Shown: positions 1-9,550 of the stretch, one piece after another | Layout of the letters: the number at the start of each line of letters is the position of its first letter | How positions within the stretch are numbered: position 1 is the first letter of the stretch | NCBI GenBank assembly: GCA_012646185.1 | Contig: GCA_012646185.1_4706.1 | Length of the DNA stretch: 64,000 nucleotides | DNA from: a phage | Reading direction: 5' to 3' (one strand) | The notes under the pieces: model-generated | What the model was told of the DNA's origin: nothing | Seen by the model: the letters and a program-made list of their open reading frames with translations, nothing else | Databases searched by the model: none | Position numbers and translations under genes: made by a program

Positions 1-1625
1 ACCACGACAAAGACGCTGACTCGCCGCATGAATTCGGTAAAGATGAAGTCACTATCGGATCGATGACCGCAACCGCGGACGACGCTCAGAGTAACTACTA
101 TCCGATTCTGGATGGTCTGGTAAGCTGGCGCGGTGAGGAAGGTAACAATATCGGTCTGCGTTTAGAAGCGCCGACCGCATTGAGCAGCAATCCGACCCGT
201 ACCGACATCATCGAACGCATCGGTGCATTCCTGTATCGCATTCAGTTCGTTGAACGTAAATCGGCACGTACCGCACCGACGGTCATCCGTACCATCAGCG
301 GTATGGAACAAGAAACGTTCGCGTTGCAGACAGGTGTTATCCATCCGGACGACGAGACTGATCTGTCCTTTGATAAAGTCGTTGTTGACGCCTACGAGTA
401 CAATGAAACGGGGAATACTCCGATCTTTGCACCGATGGATCAACTTCACATCTATCAGAAGAATATCGACGAACTGACCAAGCGTCTGTATGATGCTGAG
501 AAAGCGGAAGCAGGAAACCACCTGTTGACCGACGTGGAATTCGTTGAAGGTCAGATGAACATCCTTACCGGTGTTGACTACAACGGTATTCCGTATTACT
601 CGGTGGAAGTCCTGGATGCAGACGAAGGCGGCGTTATCTTTGATGGCGGCAGCACCTTCTACGCGATCGACGGTAGCGATGGCACCGTTGACTGGGATAC
701 CTTCGATGCGTTAGCGCAACAGCAGTTCGAATCGTTCGGCAACATGGGCGAAGATCTGGAAGACATGGCTTTCTATCCGTTCTCCATCGTGTATGACATT
801 GGTTACAAAGTCGACACGAAGAAAGCGATGGCAAACGTCTTGTCTCTGCGTCCGGATGTCATGATCATTGCGTCAACCCATACCTGGAAGGGTGTGGAAC
901 TGAATGTTGATGAAGAAAGCTCCATGGGTGCAATGCTGCGTAACTATTACCGCCTGCATCCAGAAAGCGTGCTTTACAATACCCCAGCTTGCCGTGCTGC
1001 GGTATTCATGCAATACGGTGAAAGCATCGAAGCGCCAAGCCTGGGTAAAGTTCCGTTGACGCTGGAAGTTGCGAATAAACTTGCAACTTACATGGGTGCT
1101 TCGGATGGTGTTATCCGTGGTACCCGCATCGATAACAACCCTGGTAACGTTGTCACAACGATGCGTAAAATCAACAAGACGTATCGTAACGCAACGGTCC
1201 GCGATCGTGATTGGGAAAACGGCTTGAACTATGTTCAGACCTACAACCGTAATTCCAACTTCTTCCCGGCTTGGGGCACGATCTACAATAACGACCGTTC
1301 GGTATGGCGTTCGTTGATCAACGTGATCATCGGTTGCGATCTAACTCGTGTCTGCTATCGTCTCTGGGCAGAAACCACCGGTACAACAGGAATGGATGAA
1401 ACCCTGTTCCTGAAACTGATGGGCGAACGCTTCCTGGAATACACCACGGGCCGTTACAACGACCACGTGACTGTTAAGGGACGTTTCTACCTGGATAAAG
1501 AAGACGGTTACAACGGCTTCAGCTATCACGGCGATATCAGCCTGATCGGCGATCCAGGCATGACCGTGGGTACGTTTACCATCACCGGGCTGCGTCGTAA
1601 CACCGAAGCAGCAGAAGCGGCGTAA
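1..1625 (+). CDS. virion structural protein, 5' end outside window; candidate tail sheath
   Basis: Frame is open from window start to stop at 1625; followed 15 bp later by a ~296-aa ORF with strong RBS, a sheath-tube-like arrangement. No motif confirmation. Confidence 0.3.
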   Translation, partial: HDKDADSPHEFGKDEVTIGSMTATADDAQSNYYPILDGLVSWRGEEGNNIGLRLEAPTALSSNPTRTDIIERIGAFLYRIQFVERKSARTAPTVIRTISGMEQETFALQTGVIHPDDETDLSFDKVVVDAYEYNETGNTPIFAPMDQLHIYQKNIDELTKRLYDAEKAEAGNHLLTDVEFVEGQMNILTGVDYNGIPYYSVEVLDADEGGVIFDGGSTFYAIDGSDGTVDWDTFDALAQQQFESFGNMGEDLEDMAFYPFSIVYDIGYKVDTKKAMANVLSLRPDVMIIASTHTWKGVELNVDEESSMGAMLRNYYRLHPESVLYNTPACRAAVFMQYGESIEAPSLGKVPLTLEVANKLATYMGASDGVIRGTRIDNNPGNVVTTMRKINKTYRNATVRDRDWENGLNYVQTYNRNSNFFPAWGTIYNNDRSVWRSLINVIIGCDLTRVCYRLWAETTGTTGMDETLFLKLMGERFLEYTTGRYNDHVTVKGRFYLDKEDGYNGFSYHGDISLIGDPGMTVGTFTITGLRRNTEAAEAA

Positions 1626-1640
1626 TGAGAGGAGTCCATA

Positions 1641-2531
1641 ATGCGTCCTGATAATACCCTACTCGGTGAACAGGGTGTTGGTGCTCTTAGCAACGCGGCT
1701 ATGGTCGATATTCGTGCAGGTGCCCAAAACGGGTACATCAGCAATATCGGTACGTACGTTGCTAACGCCAACTACATTCCTAACCAAATGTTCTGTCTCC
1801 TGCTGGAGGCACCACGTGGTTTCAACTATCTACCTAACCCGGATGTACAGATTGGTTATCTGAAGGCGTTGGTAGAAGAGGTTGCGCATTCGATTACCGG
1901 TCTGCAACGCGGATTGGAAGTTGAATTCGTTAGCGTCCCGGTTTCTGGTTCCGGTGAAATCCAGGAAGAAGTTTCTGACGTTAAACGTCCTCGCTCTAAC
2001 CCGACTTTCGGGATCTATGAGAAAGAAGGTCGTTCCGTTAGTTACTTCCTGGAACAATGGATCACGTATCTGTTGATGGATCCGGATGCCAAATATCCGA
2101 TGTTGTCGTCTATCGTATCCACCGGTGGTCCAACCGACCTGCTGGCGGATTATCGTAGCGCAACAATGCTGTTCGTTGAGCCAGACCGTCAACACAAGAA
2201 AGTGGTTAACGCCTGGCTGTGCACGAACATGATGCCTCATGGTACCGGCGACTGGACATCACGTCGTAACAAGAACGATGCGCCAAACGTGGTAGAATTG
2301 AGCATTCAGTTCACCGCGTTAACACAGACCAACTACGGCGTGCGTGCTTTTGCACAACGTCTGCTGGATAAGATGAACCTGCTTAAAGTGAACCCGGATT
2401 TCCGTCCGGCTTATCTGAGCGACATCGATCCGGCTGTGGCAGCGCAGAAGGTTGGCTATACCTTCGACTTTGATAACAACGATACCTTTGAGGTACCGAA
2501 TACTTATCAAAACGTAACACCTCGCGTGTAA
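1641..2531 (+). CDS. hypothetical virion protein; candidate tail tube
   Basis: ATG at 1641 preceded by GAGAGGAG; position directly after the candidate sheath gene. Function is by context only. Confidence 0.3.
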   Translation: MRPDNTLLGEQGVGALSNAAMVDIRAGAQNGYISNIGTYVANANYIPNQMFCLLLEAPRGFNYLPNPDVQIGYLKALVEEVAHSITGLQRGLEVEFVSVPVSGSGEIQEEVSDVKRPRSNPTFGIYEKEGRSVSYFLEQWITYLLMDPDAKYPMLSSIVSTGGPTDLLADYRSATMLFVEPDRQHKKVVNAWLCTNMMPHGTGDWTSRRNKNDAPNVVELSIQFTALTQTNYGVRAFAQRLLDKMNLLKVNPDFRPAYLSDIDPAVAAQKVGYTFDFDNNDTFEVPNTYQNVTPRV

Positions 2532-2557
2532 CGTAAAAAAAAAAGCATATTAACCTC

Positions 2558-2594
2558 CCTTCCTTCCCCGGCCTTGACGGCTAGGGAAGGAAGG
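2558..2594. terminator. bidirectional intrinsic terminator hairpin, family 1 (UUGAC loop)
   Basis: 16-bp stem ccttccttccccggcc/ggctagggaaggaagg with one mismatch; A-run upstream, T-rich run downstream; lies between convergent genes. Confidence 0.6.
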
Positions 2595-2606
2595 TTTATG
2601 GTTTAT

Positions 2607-3146
2607 TTACTGTTTGTTCGTGGCTTCACGAATGAAAATAACATCAGGATATTCTTGGGATTCAATGAATTCAGGATTACGATAACGACGAATGTGACGC
2701 ATTGTCGTACAAGCAAGTTTGTAAAGATGTTCCTCCTCACGTTGTGTTAATAACATCAGTTGCGCGTCTGGAATCACGAATGGGAGTCTTTCATTCACGT
2801 ATTCCCGAAGGTCATCGAGATCATCGTGATGAATGCCCTCTGAGAGCTTATATAACGCTTCCAGCAATTCTAATCCACCGAACTGGTAACTTCCTATTGT
2901 CGTCTTAAACAATGCGCCAGAACGCGTGGTGGATGCTCTATCGGCGACATCGTATTGTTCTAACATATATCCGTAGACCATGCTACGTCGATCCAGTGTA
3001 TCCGTAACGAGATTACGCCACCGTTCTAGTCTTTTGAGCGCTTTGTCGATAGAGTAAACGATCATGCCATGTTCATCCAACTCTTCCGCAATACCCAATA
3101 GTTCATTGTTGTTAGGTTTTGCTGCACCGATAAGAAAAACACTCAT
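2607..3146 (-). CDS. hypothetical protein
   Basis: 179-aa ORF; start overlaps the upstream stop as TAATG. Confidence 0.55.
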   Translation of the reverse strand: MSVFLIGAAKPNNNELLGIAEELDEHGMIVYSIDKALKRLERWRNLVTDTLDRRSMVYGYMLEQYDVADRASTTRSGALFKTTIGSYQFGGLELLEALYKLSEGIHHDDLDDLREYVNERLPFVIPDAQLMLLTQREEEHLYKLACTTMRHIRRYRNPEFIESQEYPDVIFIREATNKQ

Positions 3147-3559
3147 TACTCAAACTCCTTATTCCAAAACTCGATTAATGAATCGAGCTGTTCCTTACTG
3201 GTTATCTCACCTCCCCTAACAAAATGAAATCGTTCTTGAATGGCGATCTTTTCAAGGATATCGGTAAGCGAATGACGGTGACAGAAATTTCCTGCAGGAC
3301 AATAACACCCTAACACCACAACCGGATGGGAGAATAAAGCCAGCCACTCCGATGTATGATCAACAAAGCTTTTACGCATAAGCGTGTAGTAGCCTGCGGT
3401 ATATTCATCCTCGGTTAACGTTTTTGATTTGATTCCTGTAACAAGTTCCCATGAAGGTGCGAAGAGCGGGTTACCTGTTTTCACCGTCGTGTCCAGTAGG
3501 AACGCTCGTGTGTCTGAAAGCCAACGATATTTGGCTAATTGAAGGGTGTATAAAAACAC
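3146..3559 (-). CDS. hypothetical protein with CYCPAGNFCHRH Cys/His motif
   Basis: 137-aa ORF with a conserved-looking Cys/His cluster; family not verified. Confidence 0.5.
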   Translation of the reverse strand: MFLYTLQLAKYRWLSDTRAFLLDTTVKTGNPLFAPSWELVTGIKSKTLTEDEYTAGYYTLMRKSFVDHTSEWLALFSHPVVVLGCYCPAGNFCHRHSLTDILEKIAIQERFHFVRGGEITSKEQLDSLIEFWNKEFE

Positions 3560-3602
3560 AGCGCTAACCCCAAAGGATAAAAATAAAACCTTGACATAAC
3601 CA

Positions 3603-3632
3603 CCACCGTAGCCCCATACAGGGCTACGGTGG
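3603..3632 (-). terminator. intrinsic terminator hairpin
   Basis: Perfect 12-bp stem ccaccgtagccc/gggctacggtgg, loop cataca, U-rich tract on the minus strand, directly after the 3663..4142 gene. Confidence 0.55.
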
Positions 3633-3662
3633 GGTCATACAGAGAGACGTGTTAAGTTACAA

Positions 3663-4142
3663 TCAGTCTTTCAGCAGCTCAGCTGCATACGCACTGATGT
3701 TGTCGCGAATATGCTTAACCTGAGTTGTCGGGAAAGATTTCTTATACGCGGTAGTCAGGCGTCCGTAAACCTGTTTCTTCTCGTTAGAGCCGAAACCAAC
3801 TTCAGCGCTACGTTGAACCGTTGCAGACACAACGTCTTTGCCCAGCGGCAGGGTTACAGAAACAACGTCAACCTGTTTGTTATCCGCCATGAACTGCGCG
3901 CCAACGCGGCCAACCGCCAGACCGTGAGCCAGACCGATATCGGTGGTCAGTTTCTGTGCTTTTTCCAGGATTTCTTTTTCTTCCGGCGTTACCAGAGTAC
4001 CCAGGAAATCACTGCCTAACTTCTGGCTACCAGATTCGTCCAGTTTAATACCAGCGGCGATTTTATCAGAAAGAGCCTGAACTTCCGGACGTACGTTAGA
4101 AGTGGTTTCAGTCGCTACGGTGGTTTCTACAGCTTCAGACAT
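3663..4142 (-). CDS. hypothetical acidic protein, likely abundant
   Basis: 159-aa ORF, GGAG RBS, codon usage dominated by preferred codons, downstream of a CTATATTAC promoter motif. Confidence 0.6.
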   Translation of the reverse strand: MSEAVETTVATETTSNVRPEVQALSDKIAAGIKLDESGSQKLGSDFLGTLVTPEEKEILEKAQKLTTDIGLAHGLAVGRVGAQFMADNKQVDVVSVTLPLGKDVVSATVQRSAEVGFGSNEKKQVYGRLTTAYKKSFPTTQVKHIRDNISAYAAELLKD

Positions 4143-4259
4143 GTTAATACTCCAATTAGTTTTTTCGATCGATCAAAAGGATAAAATCAGAAGATTCTTT
4201 CTTCATAGGGAAAACACAAGTCGGTTAAGGTTTACTTCTTAAACTCCTTGCGTTCTATC

Positions 4260-4290
4260 AGTTAGGTAATATAGACCTCAACTTTTTTCC
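4260..4290 (-). promoter_or_regulatory. early-type promoter candidate (CTATATTACC motif)
   Basis: Minus strand reads AAAAAAGTTGAGGTCTATATTACCTAA; same motif at three other sites, all upstream of minus-strand genes. Confidence 0.5.
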
Positions 4291-5078
4291 AATAATGCTG
4301 CAACGTTCCGCGCGAAACGAATTACCTTGTAATTGCGGGTCTGTTTGATATCTTCTTCCCCATCACTGTCACCTTCAGACGGATCTTCCCACATGAAGTC
4401 TTGTTCGTCCGCTTTCTGTAAGTAGCGGTATAACTGCACCATGCTGCGTGCGGTCGGAGAGATAGCGCGAAGCTCATCCAATTCTTCATCCGTGAGCAGA
4501 ACATGCGGTGAACGCAGTGGTTCCATTGTCGTATTACACAACAGACGAATCAGCAGATCGACGCACGGAATAACCGAACCTGGTGAGGCGATTTCTGGGT
4601 GTAATGTATAACCCCAATATACAGTGTTAAAATACGTCAAAACAGCAGGTAGTGACGGATGTTCCATCGCACGGCCAATTTGTTGTCTTACGATAGATGC
4701 ACGATCGTTCAATACATCGAAAGTAATCTGCTGCGGTTCCATAACCGCAAGTGAAATACCGTATGCGTCAGCCACACCCAGGATTTCATGAAGGGCCGAA
4801 CGTTCTTCTTCGGTGGATATTGTCCCGATTGCCTTACGCCCTGCAAGGTCAATCAGCATCGGTGAAACAGCTTCTTTAACCGCATTAAAAGAAGCCTGGT
4901 AAGCGTGTTTGTGAATATACAGCGTCCACGCTAATGCGCGCTCAGCCGCATGAAGCAGATCGACATAAGACAGTTCTTGATGGCATGGGCCATACACACT
5001 CACAGCAAGCTTGGTGGCTTTCTCAGAGGCTTGCATAATAACATCCGGTGATTTAGGCATATCGCGTTCTTCTTGCAT
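4278..5078 (-). CDS. hypothetical protein
   Basis: 266-aa ORF. Confidence 0.55.
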   Translation of the reverse strand: MQEERDMPKSPDVIMQASEKATKLAVSVYGPCHQELSYVDLLHAAERALAWTLYIHKHAYQASFNAVKEAVSPMLIDLAGRKAIGTISTEEERSALHEILGVADAYGISLAVMEPQQITFDVLNDRASIVRQQIGRAMEHPSLPAVLTYFNTVYWGYTLHPEIASPGSVIPCVDLLIRLLCNTTMEPLRSPHVLLTDEELDELRAISPTARSMVQLYRYLQKADEQDFMWEDPSEGDSDGEEDIKQTRNYKVIRFARNVAALLEKS

Positions 5079-5182
5079 CTTTTAAATTCCTACTTAACAA
5101 TAAAGTTCATATACGGCGTATGTATCCGTAGAATAATGAGTTCCGGTAAGATCTTACATCAAAATGACGGCATAAAAAGTAC

Positions 5183-5207
5183 CTCCTTACCCACATGGGT
5201 AAGGAGG
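5183..5207. terminator. hairpin, candidate terminator
   Basis: cctccttaccc acat gggtaaggagg; U-rich on the minus strand after it. Confidence 0.4.
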
Positions 5208-5359
5208 TTCGTCCATCACGACGAAAGGACGTTATGTGACGCGGTGTCCATAACGGCCCTGGTAGCAGGCATCAAAGATAACAAAAAGGATGTAAGTTGA
5301 GCTAAACCACCTAAATACGGTAACGATTACTTCCGTACACAATATAACGCAACATCTTT

Positions 5360-6169
5360 TTACCAATGATTAAAGCTGCCCGCTTTAACGACGTCACAGC
5401 GCAGATGGTTACGTAACTGATCCAGGAAGACAACCGGACTGTCGCCAGACAACATGGCCAGCGCGTGTTGGCCACCGGAACGAACAACAAGCTCATCAAC
5501 CATTGGTGCTGTAATCGGAAGATCATACGCATCCATGATTGCTTTGGCTTCCTGTTCTACGTCTTTCTGGAACCCTTCCATCGTCGGAGAGTCATATTTG
5601 GTTGCAAACTCGATCCCAGGCAAGTTAACGTAATCGTAAGTCATGACACGGGTCATAACACGACGGCGCTCACGTTGCCAGATCTGAGGATCGGTTAACG
5701 CGCGAACCGAAAAACACACGTTCACCAACGGCGTTTCAAAATCTTTACGTAATGGATCACCGTACGGCCCGCAAGGAATAACATCCCCCATCACCATCAC
5801 GACAGGACGACCACGACGATCACGTCCAGCTTCCTCTAGCCAAATCTTAGAAAAACAATGGCTTACCTTCGTTTCTTCGATTCGTAATGCTCGCTGCAAA
5901 AAGCTGGTTGCATCCTGACCGATCTCTGGTTTAGGGTGACCGTATTCACCTTTCAACGAACGATTGCGTGCGTTTGTTTGCAATAAGCTGTTTTCCAGGA
6001 ACAGCGGTTTCGAACGCTCAAGTTCGTAATATTCTTCGGTATTGTTAAAACAGTTAAATCCGCCTATAACACAGGTGTAGGCACCGTCAGCATTAGGACG
6101 GATAATACCTTTCTTATTCACACCAAGATAACTGGTGCAAACAAGATTACTAATTGGTGGTTGCATCAT
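5360..6169 (-). CDS. hypothetical protein
   Basis: 269-aa ORF. Confidence 0.55.
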   Translation of the reverse strand: MMQPPISNLVCTSYLGVNKKGIIRPNADGAYTCVIGGFNCFNNTEEYYELERSKPLFLENSLLQTNARNRSLKGEYGHPKPEIGQDATSFLQRALRIEETKVSHCFSKIWLEEAGRDRRGRPVVMVMGDVIPCGPYGDPLRKDFETPLVNVCFSVRALTDPQIWQRERRRVMTRVMTYDYVNLPGIEFATKYDSPTMEGFQKDVEQEAKAIMDAYDLPITAPMVDELVVRSGGQHALAMLSGDSPVVFLDQLRNHLRCDVVKAGSFNHW

Positions 6170-6248
6170 AACCCCTTTATAAGCAACTGAATGAAAAAAG
6201 CGTTACATTCCCGCTTTTACGTCAAGAAGGTGACGCGTAAGCGTTATA

Positions 6249-6980
6249 TCACCATTCATACGATCCGGCGCACTGATGCCCCAATAGTACCAACGCGTCG
6301 TCTTTGGCAGCCAGGTATTTTTCTAACGTTATCCGTGAAACAGACACATTAGAGAAATCCATCACACCTAAGCGATGATCGTAATGGTTAATTTGCATCC
6401 GGTAATAACCTTTCTTTACCACCAGAAACTCACCTTGACGCAACCATAGCGGAACGTTATCAACCTCCGCATGGATATAAAACACCGGACATTCTGTCGT
6501 AACGGAGTTTTCCTTCCCATCGCTATCTGTAATCTTCCCTTTGGGGACAGCCGCGATAAAACATTCTCCGATACGCTCGGTTTGGTACCCGTTGGGGTAA
6601 CGCGGATCGTGAAACAACCAATGTTCATCGCTAATATCCACATCGGATAATAACGTACGATGTGGACGTAAGGCGATATCAAACGGAACACGATAGATAA
6701 CGTACCCGCCTAACCAATGGGCTAAGTGACCGCCAGAAAAATACTGCTTGATTGCGGTACTGTAGCCGTATATACAACCCATCAAACTGCTGGACACACA
6801 GATCCTTGGAAACGACCCGTCTTCCATACGCAAGGTACGTTGAGGGATACGCGGCATCATCGTTTTCAGTTCGGTATCGGTGCTAATATGCAATAAACCG
6901 AAAGGAAGCGTTTTGCTCGGCACCCACGCACAACGTTCCATAATCGCTCTTGGGACAATAGTCTCGATAGACGATAACAT
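6249..6980 (-). CDS. hypothetical protein
   Basis: 243-aa ORF, tightly packed with neighbours. Confidence 0.55.
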   Translation of the reverse strand: MLSSIETIVPRAIMERCAWVPSKTLPFGLLHISTDTELKTMMPRIPQRTLRMEDGSFPRICVSSSLMGCIYGYSTAIKQYFSGGHLAHWLGGYVIYRVPFDIALRPHRTLLSDVDISDEHWLFHDPRYPNGYQTERIGECFIAAVPKGKITDSDGKENSVTTECPVFYIHAEVDNVPLWLRQGEFLVVKKGYYRMQINHYDHRLGVMDFSNVSVSRITLEKYLAAKDDALVLLGHQCAGSYEW

Positions 6981-6981
6981 A

Positions 6982-7692
6982 TCACCCCCTCAGAATCGCT
7001 TCTGTTTCGCTGATCGTATCCGCAGGATAAACCAAACTACTATCGATTGCGTTATTCACGTAACCACCCATTAAGTTGGTGATGGTGTTTGTACCGCTAT
7101 CGATAATGTTTCGTAATCCGATGTCGATGGCTTTTAAGGTGCTGCGTTCCTCATCCGAAAGCAAACGCCATGCTCGACGACGATCGTTGGGGTCACGTGT
7201 GGTGATAGACGCCAGAACAGAATAGATGCTGCTATCCGCATTCAATTTAACACCAGCCAATTTCGCTGACGTGTAGAGCAGCTGATATTTTTCTTTTTCG
7301 GTGTACCACCACGGCACTTTACCGAGCGTATAGATCTCGTTATACATCAGCCATGGGAAAGAGTTTCGCATCACGACATCGGTTGACACCAACACCGTGT
7401 CGCCGGGAAGAAACACAAATTCATAAAACGGCTGACCATCCATGGTAATCTCACGGATGTCAGATGGGTCGATATGGAGCTGGGTCAATGCGTGGCTGAC
7501 ACCATACTGACCATCAGGAAGAATAATCGGGCAGCACGCACAAACCCGGTTCTCACTCCCGATGATAGATAAACCCAATCCCTCGTAACGGACGGGTGTC
7601 AGAATCGAACACCCGCCACGAGTAACAACAGATTTATCTTCTTGTATGTCCCAGTCCGCAAGCACCGCAGCACCGTTGCGGACAAGCGCCAT
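6982..7692 (-). CDS. hypothetical protein
   Basis: 236-aa ORF abutting neighbours in an operon-like run. Confidence 0.55.
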   Translation of the reverse strand: MALVRNGAAVLADWDIQEDKSVVTRGGCSILTPVRYEGLGLSIIGSENRVCACCPIILPDGQYGVSHALTQLHIDPSDIREITMDGQPFYEFVFLPGDTVLVSTDVVMRNSFPWLMYNEIYTLGKVPWWYTEKEKYQLLYTSAKLAGVKLNADSSIYSVLASITTRDPNDRRRAWRLLSDEERSTLKAIDIGLRNIIDSGTNTITNLMGGYVNNAIDSSLVYPADTISETEAILRG

Positions 7693-9216
7693 TTACACCT
7701 CGCTAATCTGGATAACGTAAAGCTGCTGGGCCACGTAATCGGTGGTCAGATGCATCGTTGCGATGGTTGCTGCTTCGAATACCGTGAGTTCAGGACGTTC
7801 ACGCATAATCAAATCGATCTCATCGATGAGACGGTTAACGCCTTGAGCGTCTTCGTGATGCATGGTTTTCACGTACAGCGTACGGAAATACTGCTGGAAG
7901 TTAGCTACGTCGGTATCGGTAAGGGTAGCAACTTCACCACGCACAATTTCCATGACCTTCTTACGGGCATCTTCATCGAGGTCCACCGTAATCAGGTCAG
8001 CAAATACACCCTGCAACGCCAACGCGTATGCACGTAAGCGGTTTGCGGCTTGCTGGCTGGCTTTCATGTTAATGTAGTTACGGTAATGCTGCATGAAGCC
8101 CGCACCGTTAGCCAACAGTTCATCTTTACTGATGAGTTCACGTTCTAACAGGACAGCTGCGGTCAGTGCTTCCGGCGAACCACCTTCTTGCAGATAACCC
8201 ATGTAGACGTCTGCGTTAACGAAAATCGTCATCGTTGACGCGTCTTCAGCACGTTGAATCTGAGAAGCCGACGGTGCAGAAAGAATCAGCTCACCACGCT
8301 CCATACGCAGGATACGATCACGACCGACGCGGGCCATCCCGTTGATCGCCGCAGCACGAGCTTGTTGCATTTTAGCGCGGTAGTTTTCAAGCATCATGTC
8401 GTTGCCGTCCTGGATATCTTCCAGCAGGTTAACGGCCCACATATAGCAGAGGAATGCAGGAGTTGCCGCCGCGCGGGAACCGTGGAATGCAACGTTATCG
8501 CTATCCGGATATGTAATCAGATAAGCGGTGTTGTTCGAAGAAGGAGCGGAACCACGGAAGAAATAGTTGTAGATGTCTTCCAGTGCCTGATCGCTCATCC
8601 CTTCCGTTGCTTGCTGTACAAAACGATCCAGGTTTTCATTACCGGTATACAGCAACGTACGCAGCTTATCACCGGTGATAAACGCAAGCTTTCCGGTTGG
8701 AGTGAAATCGTTATTAATCGAAATCAAGCCATTGAGGTCATAATCGCTAACTAAGGCCTGGTACTCTTCGGAGTTATAAAACTCAGGATAGTAACTCAGA
8801 CTTACTGTCGGGATCAGTTTCGGTGCCAGGATGATCGAATCGATACGTTTTTCCAGTTCCGGGTACAGCGCACGGCATTTCGGCAGGATGGTATTACGCG
8901 CCAACTCTTTGGCATACACCACTTTTTCCACCACGTCTTGAACTGCGGTCTGTAAAACTTCATCGTGGATATAAACCTCGCGTTCGCTGGCAGGTGCTAC
9001 AGCGCCATCTTCGGTTTCATCAAGTGTTTCAGCAACAACCACACGTTCAGCACTAAGCTGTACCAACGCATCCGCGTCTTCCGGTGGCTGGTTCCAGTGC
9101 ATGGTTTCACAAACCGCGGCTAACGGAGTACCTGGAATCGCAGCGACGATTTGGTTACGTTTGATAAACCCTTCGACAATAGGCTCAACAGCATAAACGG
9201 TTTTATTGGTGATCAT
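7693..9216 (-). CDS. hypothetical protein
   Basis: 507-aa ORF in the same tightly coupled run. Confidence 0.6.
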   Translation of the reverse strand: MITNKTVYAVEPIVEGFIKRNQIVAAIPGTPLAAVCETMHWNQPPEDADALVQLSAERVVVAETLDETEDGAVAPASEREVYIHDEVLQTAVQDVVEKVVYAKELARNTILPKCRALYPELEKRIDSIILAPKLIPTVSLSYYPEFYNSEEYQALVSDYDLNGLISINNDFTPTGKLAFITGDKLRTLLYTGNENLDRFVQQATEGMSDQALEDIYNYFFRGSAPSSNNTAYLITYPDSDNVAFHGSRAAATPAFLCYMWAVNLLEDIQDGNDMMLENYRAKMQQARAAAINGMARVGRDRILRMERGELILSAPSASQIQRAEDASTMTIFVNADVYMGYLQEGGSPEALTAAVLLERELISKDELLANGAGFMQHYRNYINMKASQQAANRLRAYALALQGVFADLITVDLDEDARKKVMEIVRGEVATLTDTDVANFQQYFRTLYVKTMHHEDAQGVNRLIDEIDLIMRERPELTVFEAATIATMHLTTDYVAQQLYVIQISEV

Positions 9217-9449
9217 TACTGCGCTCCCTCCAACGCATTACTACCTACGGGTTCTTTGGTTTCCAGACGGCTGTTTAAGCGCGCAGCAACCGCATCTTCC
9301 AATCCCAACGGCATAACCTTTTTGTTCACGTCAGGATCGGCGGCATCATTACCAACGGTTTGACGTACGACCTCAGCAACCAACGTTACCGCGTTCGTCA
9401 GCGCAACAAAGCTCGCTGCCCGAGCCGTGTTAAGTTGTTCTTGGTTCAT
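9216..9449 (-). CDS. small hypothetical protein
   Basis: 77-aa ORF whose stop overlaps the start of the 507-aa gene by 1 nt. Confidence 0.4.
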   Translation of the reverse strand: MNQEQLNTARAASFVALTNAVTLVAEVVRQTVGNDAADPDVNKKVMPLGLEDAVAARLNSRLETKEPVGSNALEGAQ

Positions 9450-9480
9450 TCACTTTTCCTTTTAATGTCAGAGCATCGCA

Positions 9481-9500
9481 TTCTTGACGTACGTCAAGAA
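9481..9500. promoter_or_regulatory. perfect 20-bp palindrome TTCTTGACGTACGTCAAGAA, candidate operator
   Basis: Read directly; a related half-site TACGTCAAGAAGG occurs at 6218-6230, also upstream of a minus-strand gene. Confidence 0.4.
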
Positions 9501-9524
9501 GGTACTGCGTTCAGCGAAATAAAC

Positions 9525-9550
9525 GAGCAGGGGCATGAAGCCCCCTGCTC
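9525..9550 (-). terminator. intrinsic terminator hairpin
   Basis: 9-bp stem gagcagggg/cccctgctc immediately after the stop of the 9551..13897 gene, followed by a U-rich tract on the minus strand. Confidence 0.5.

Noticed and set aside
162-521. Numerous 60-120-aa ORFs from the six-frame track lying inside or antisense to larger genes (for example 162..521, 223..477, 9919..10173, 19234..19689, 21645..22250, 53761..54432)
   Set aside because: They are shadow ORFs within long coding regions with coherent codon usage on the other frame or strand, and have no RBS or independent support.
2595-2601. TTATG immediately 3' of most hairpins as a late promoter (TATG-type)
   Set aside because: The downstream genes at these sites are on the opposite strand, so the motif cannot drive them; it is more likely part of the terminator flank and stop-codon context.
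6170-6248. Sigma70-type promoter built on the TTGACG in the TCTTGACGTA element
   Set aside because: No acceptable -10 hexamer at 16-18 bp spacing; the element is more consistent with a palindromic binding site.
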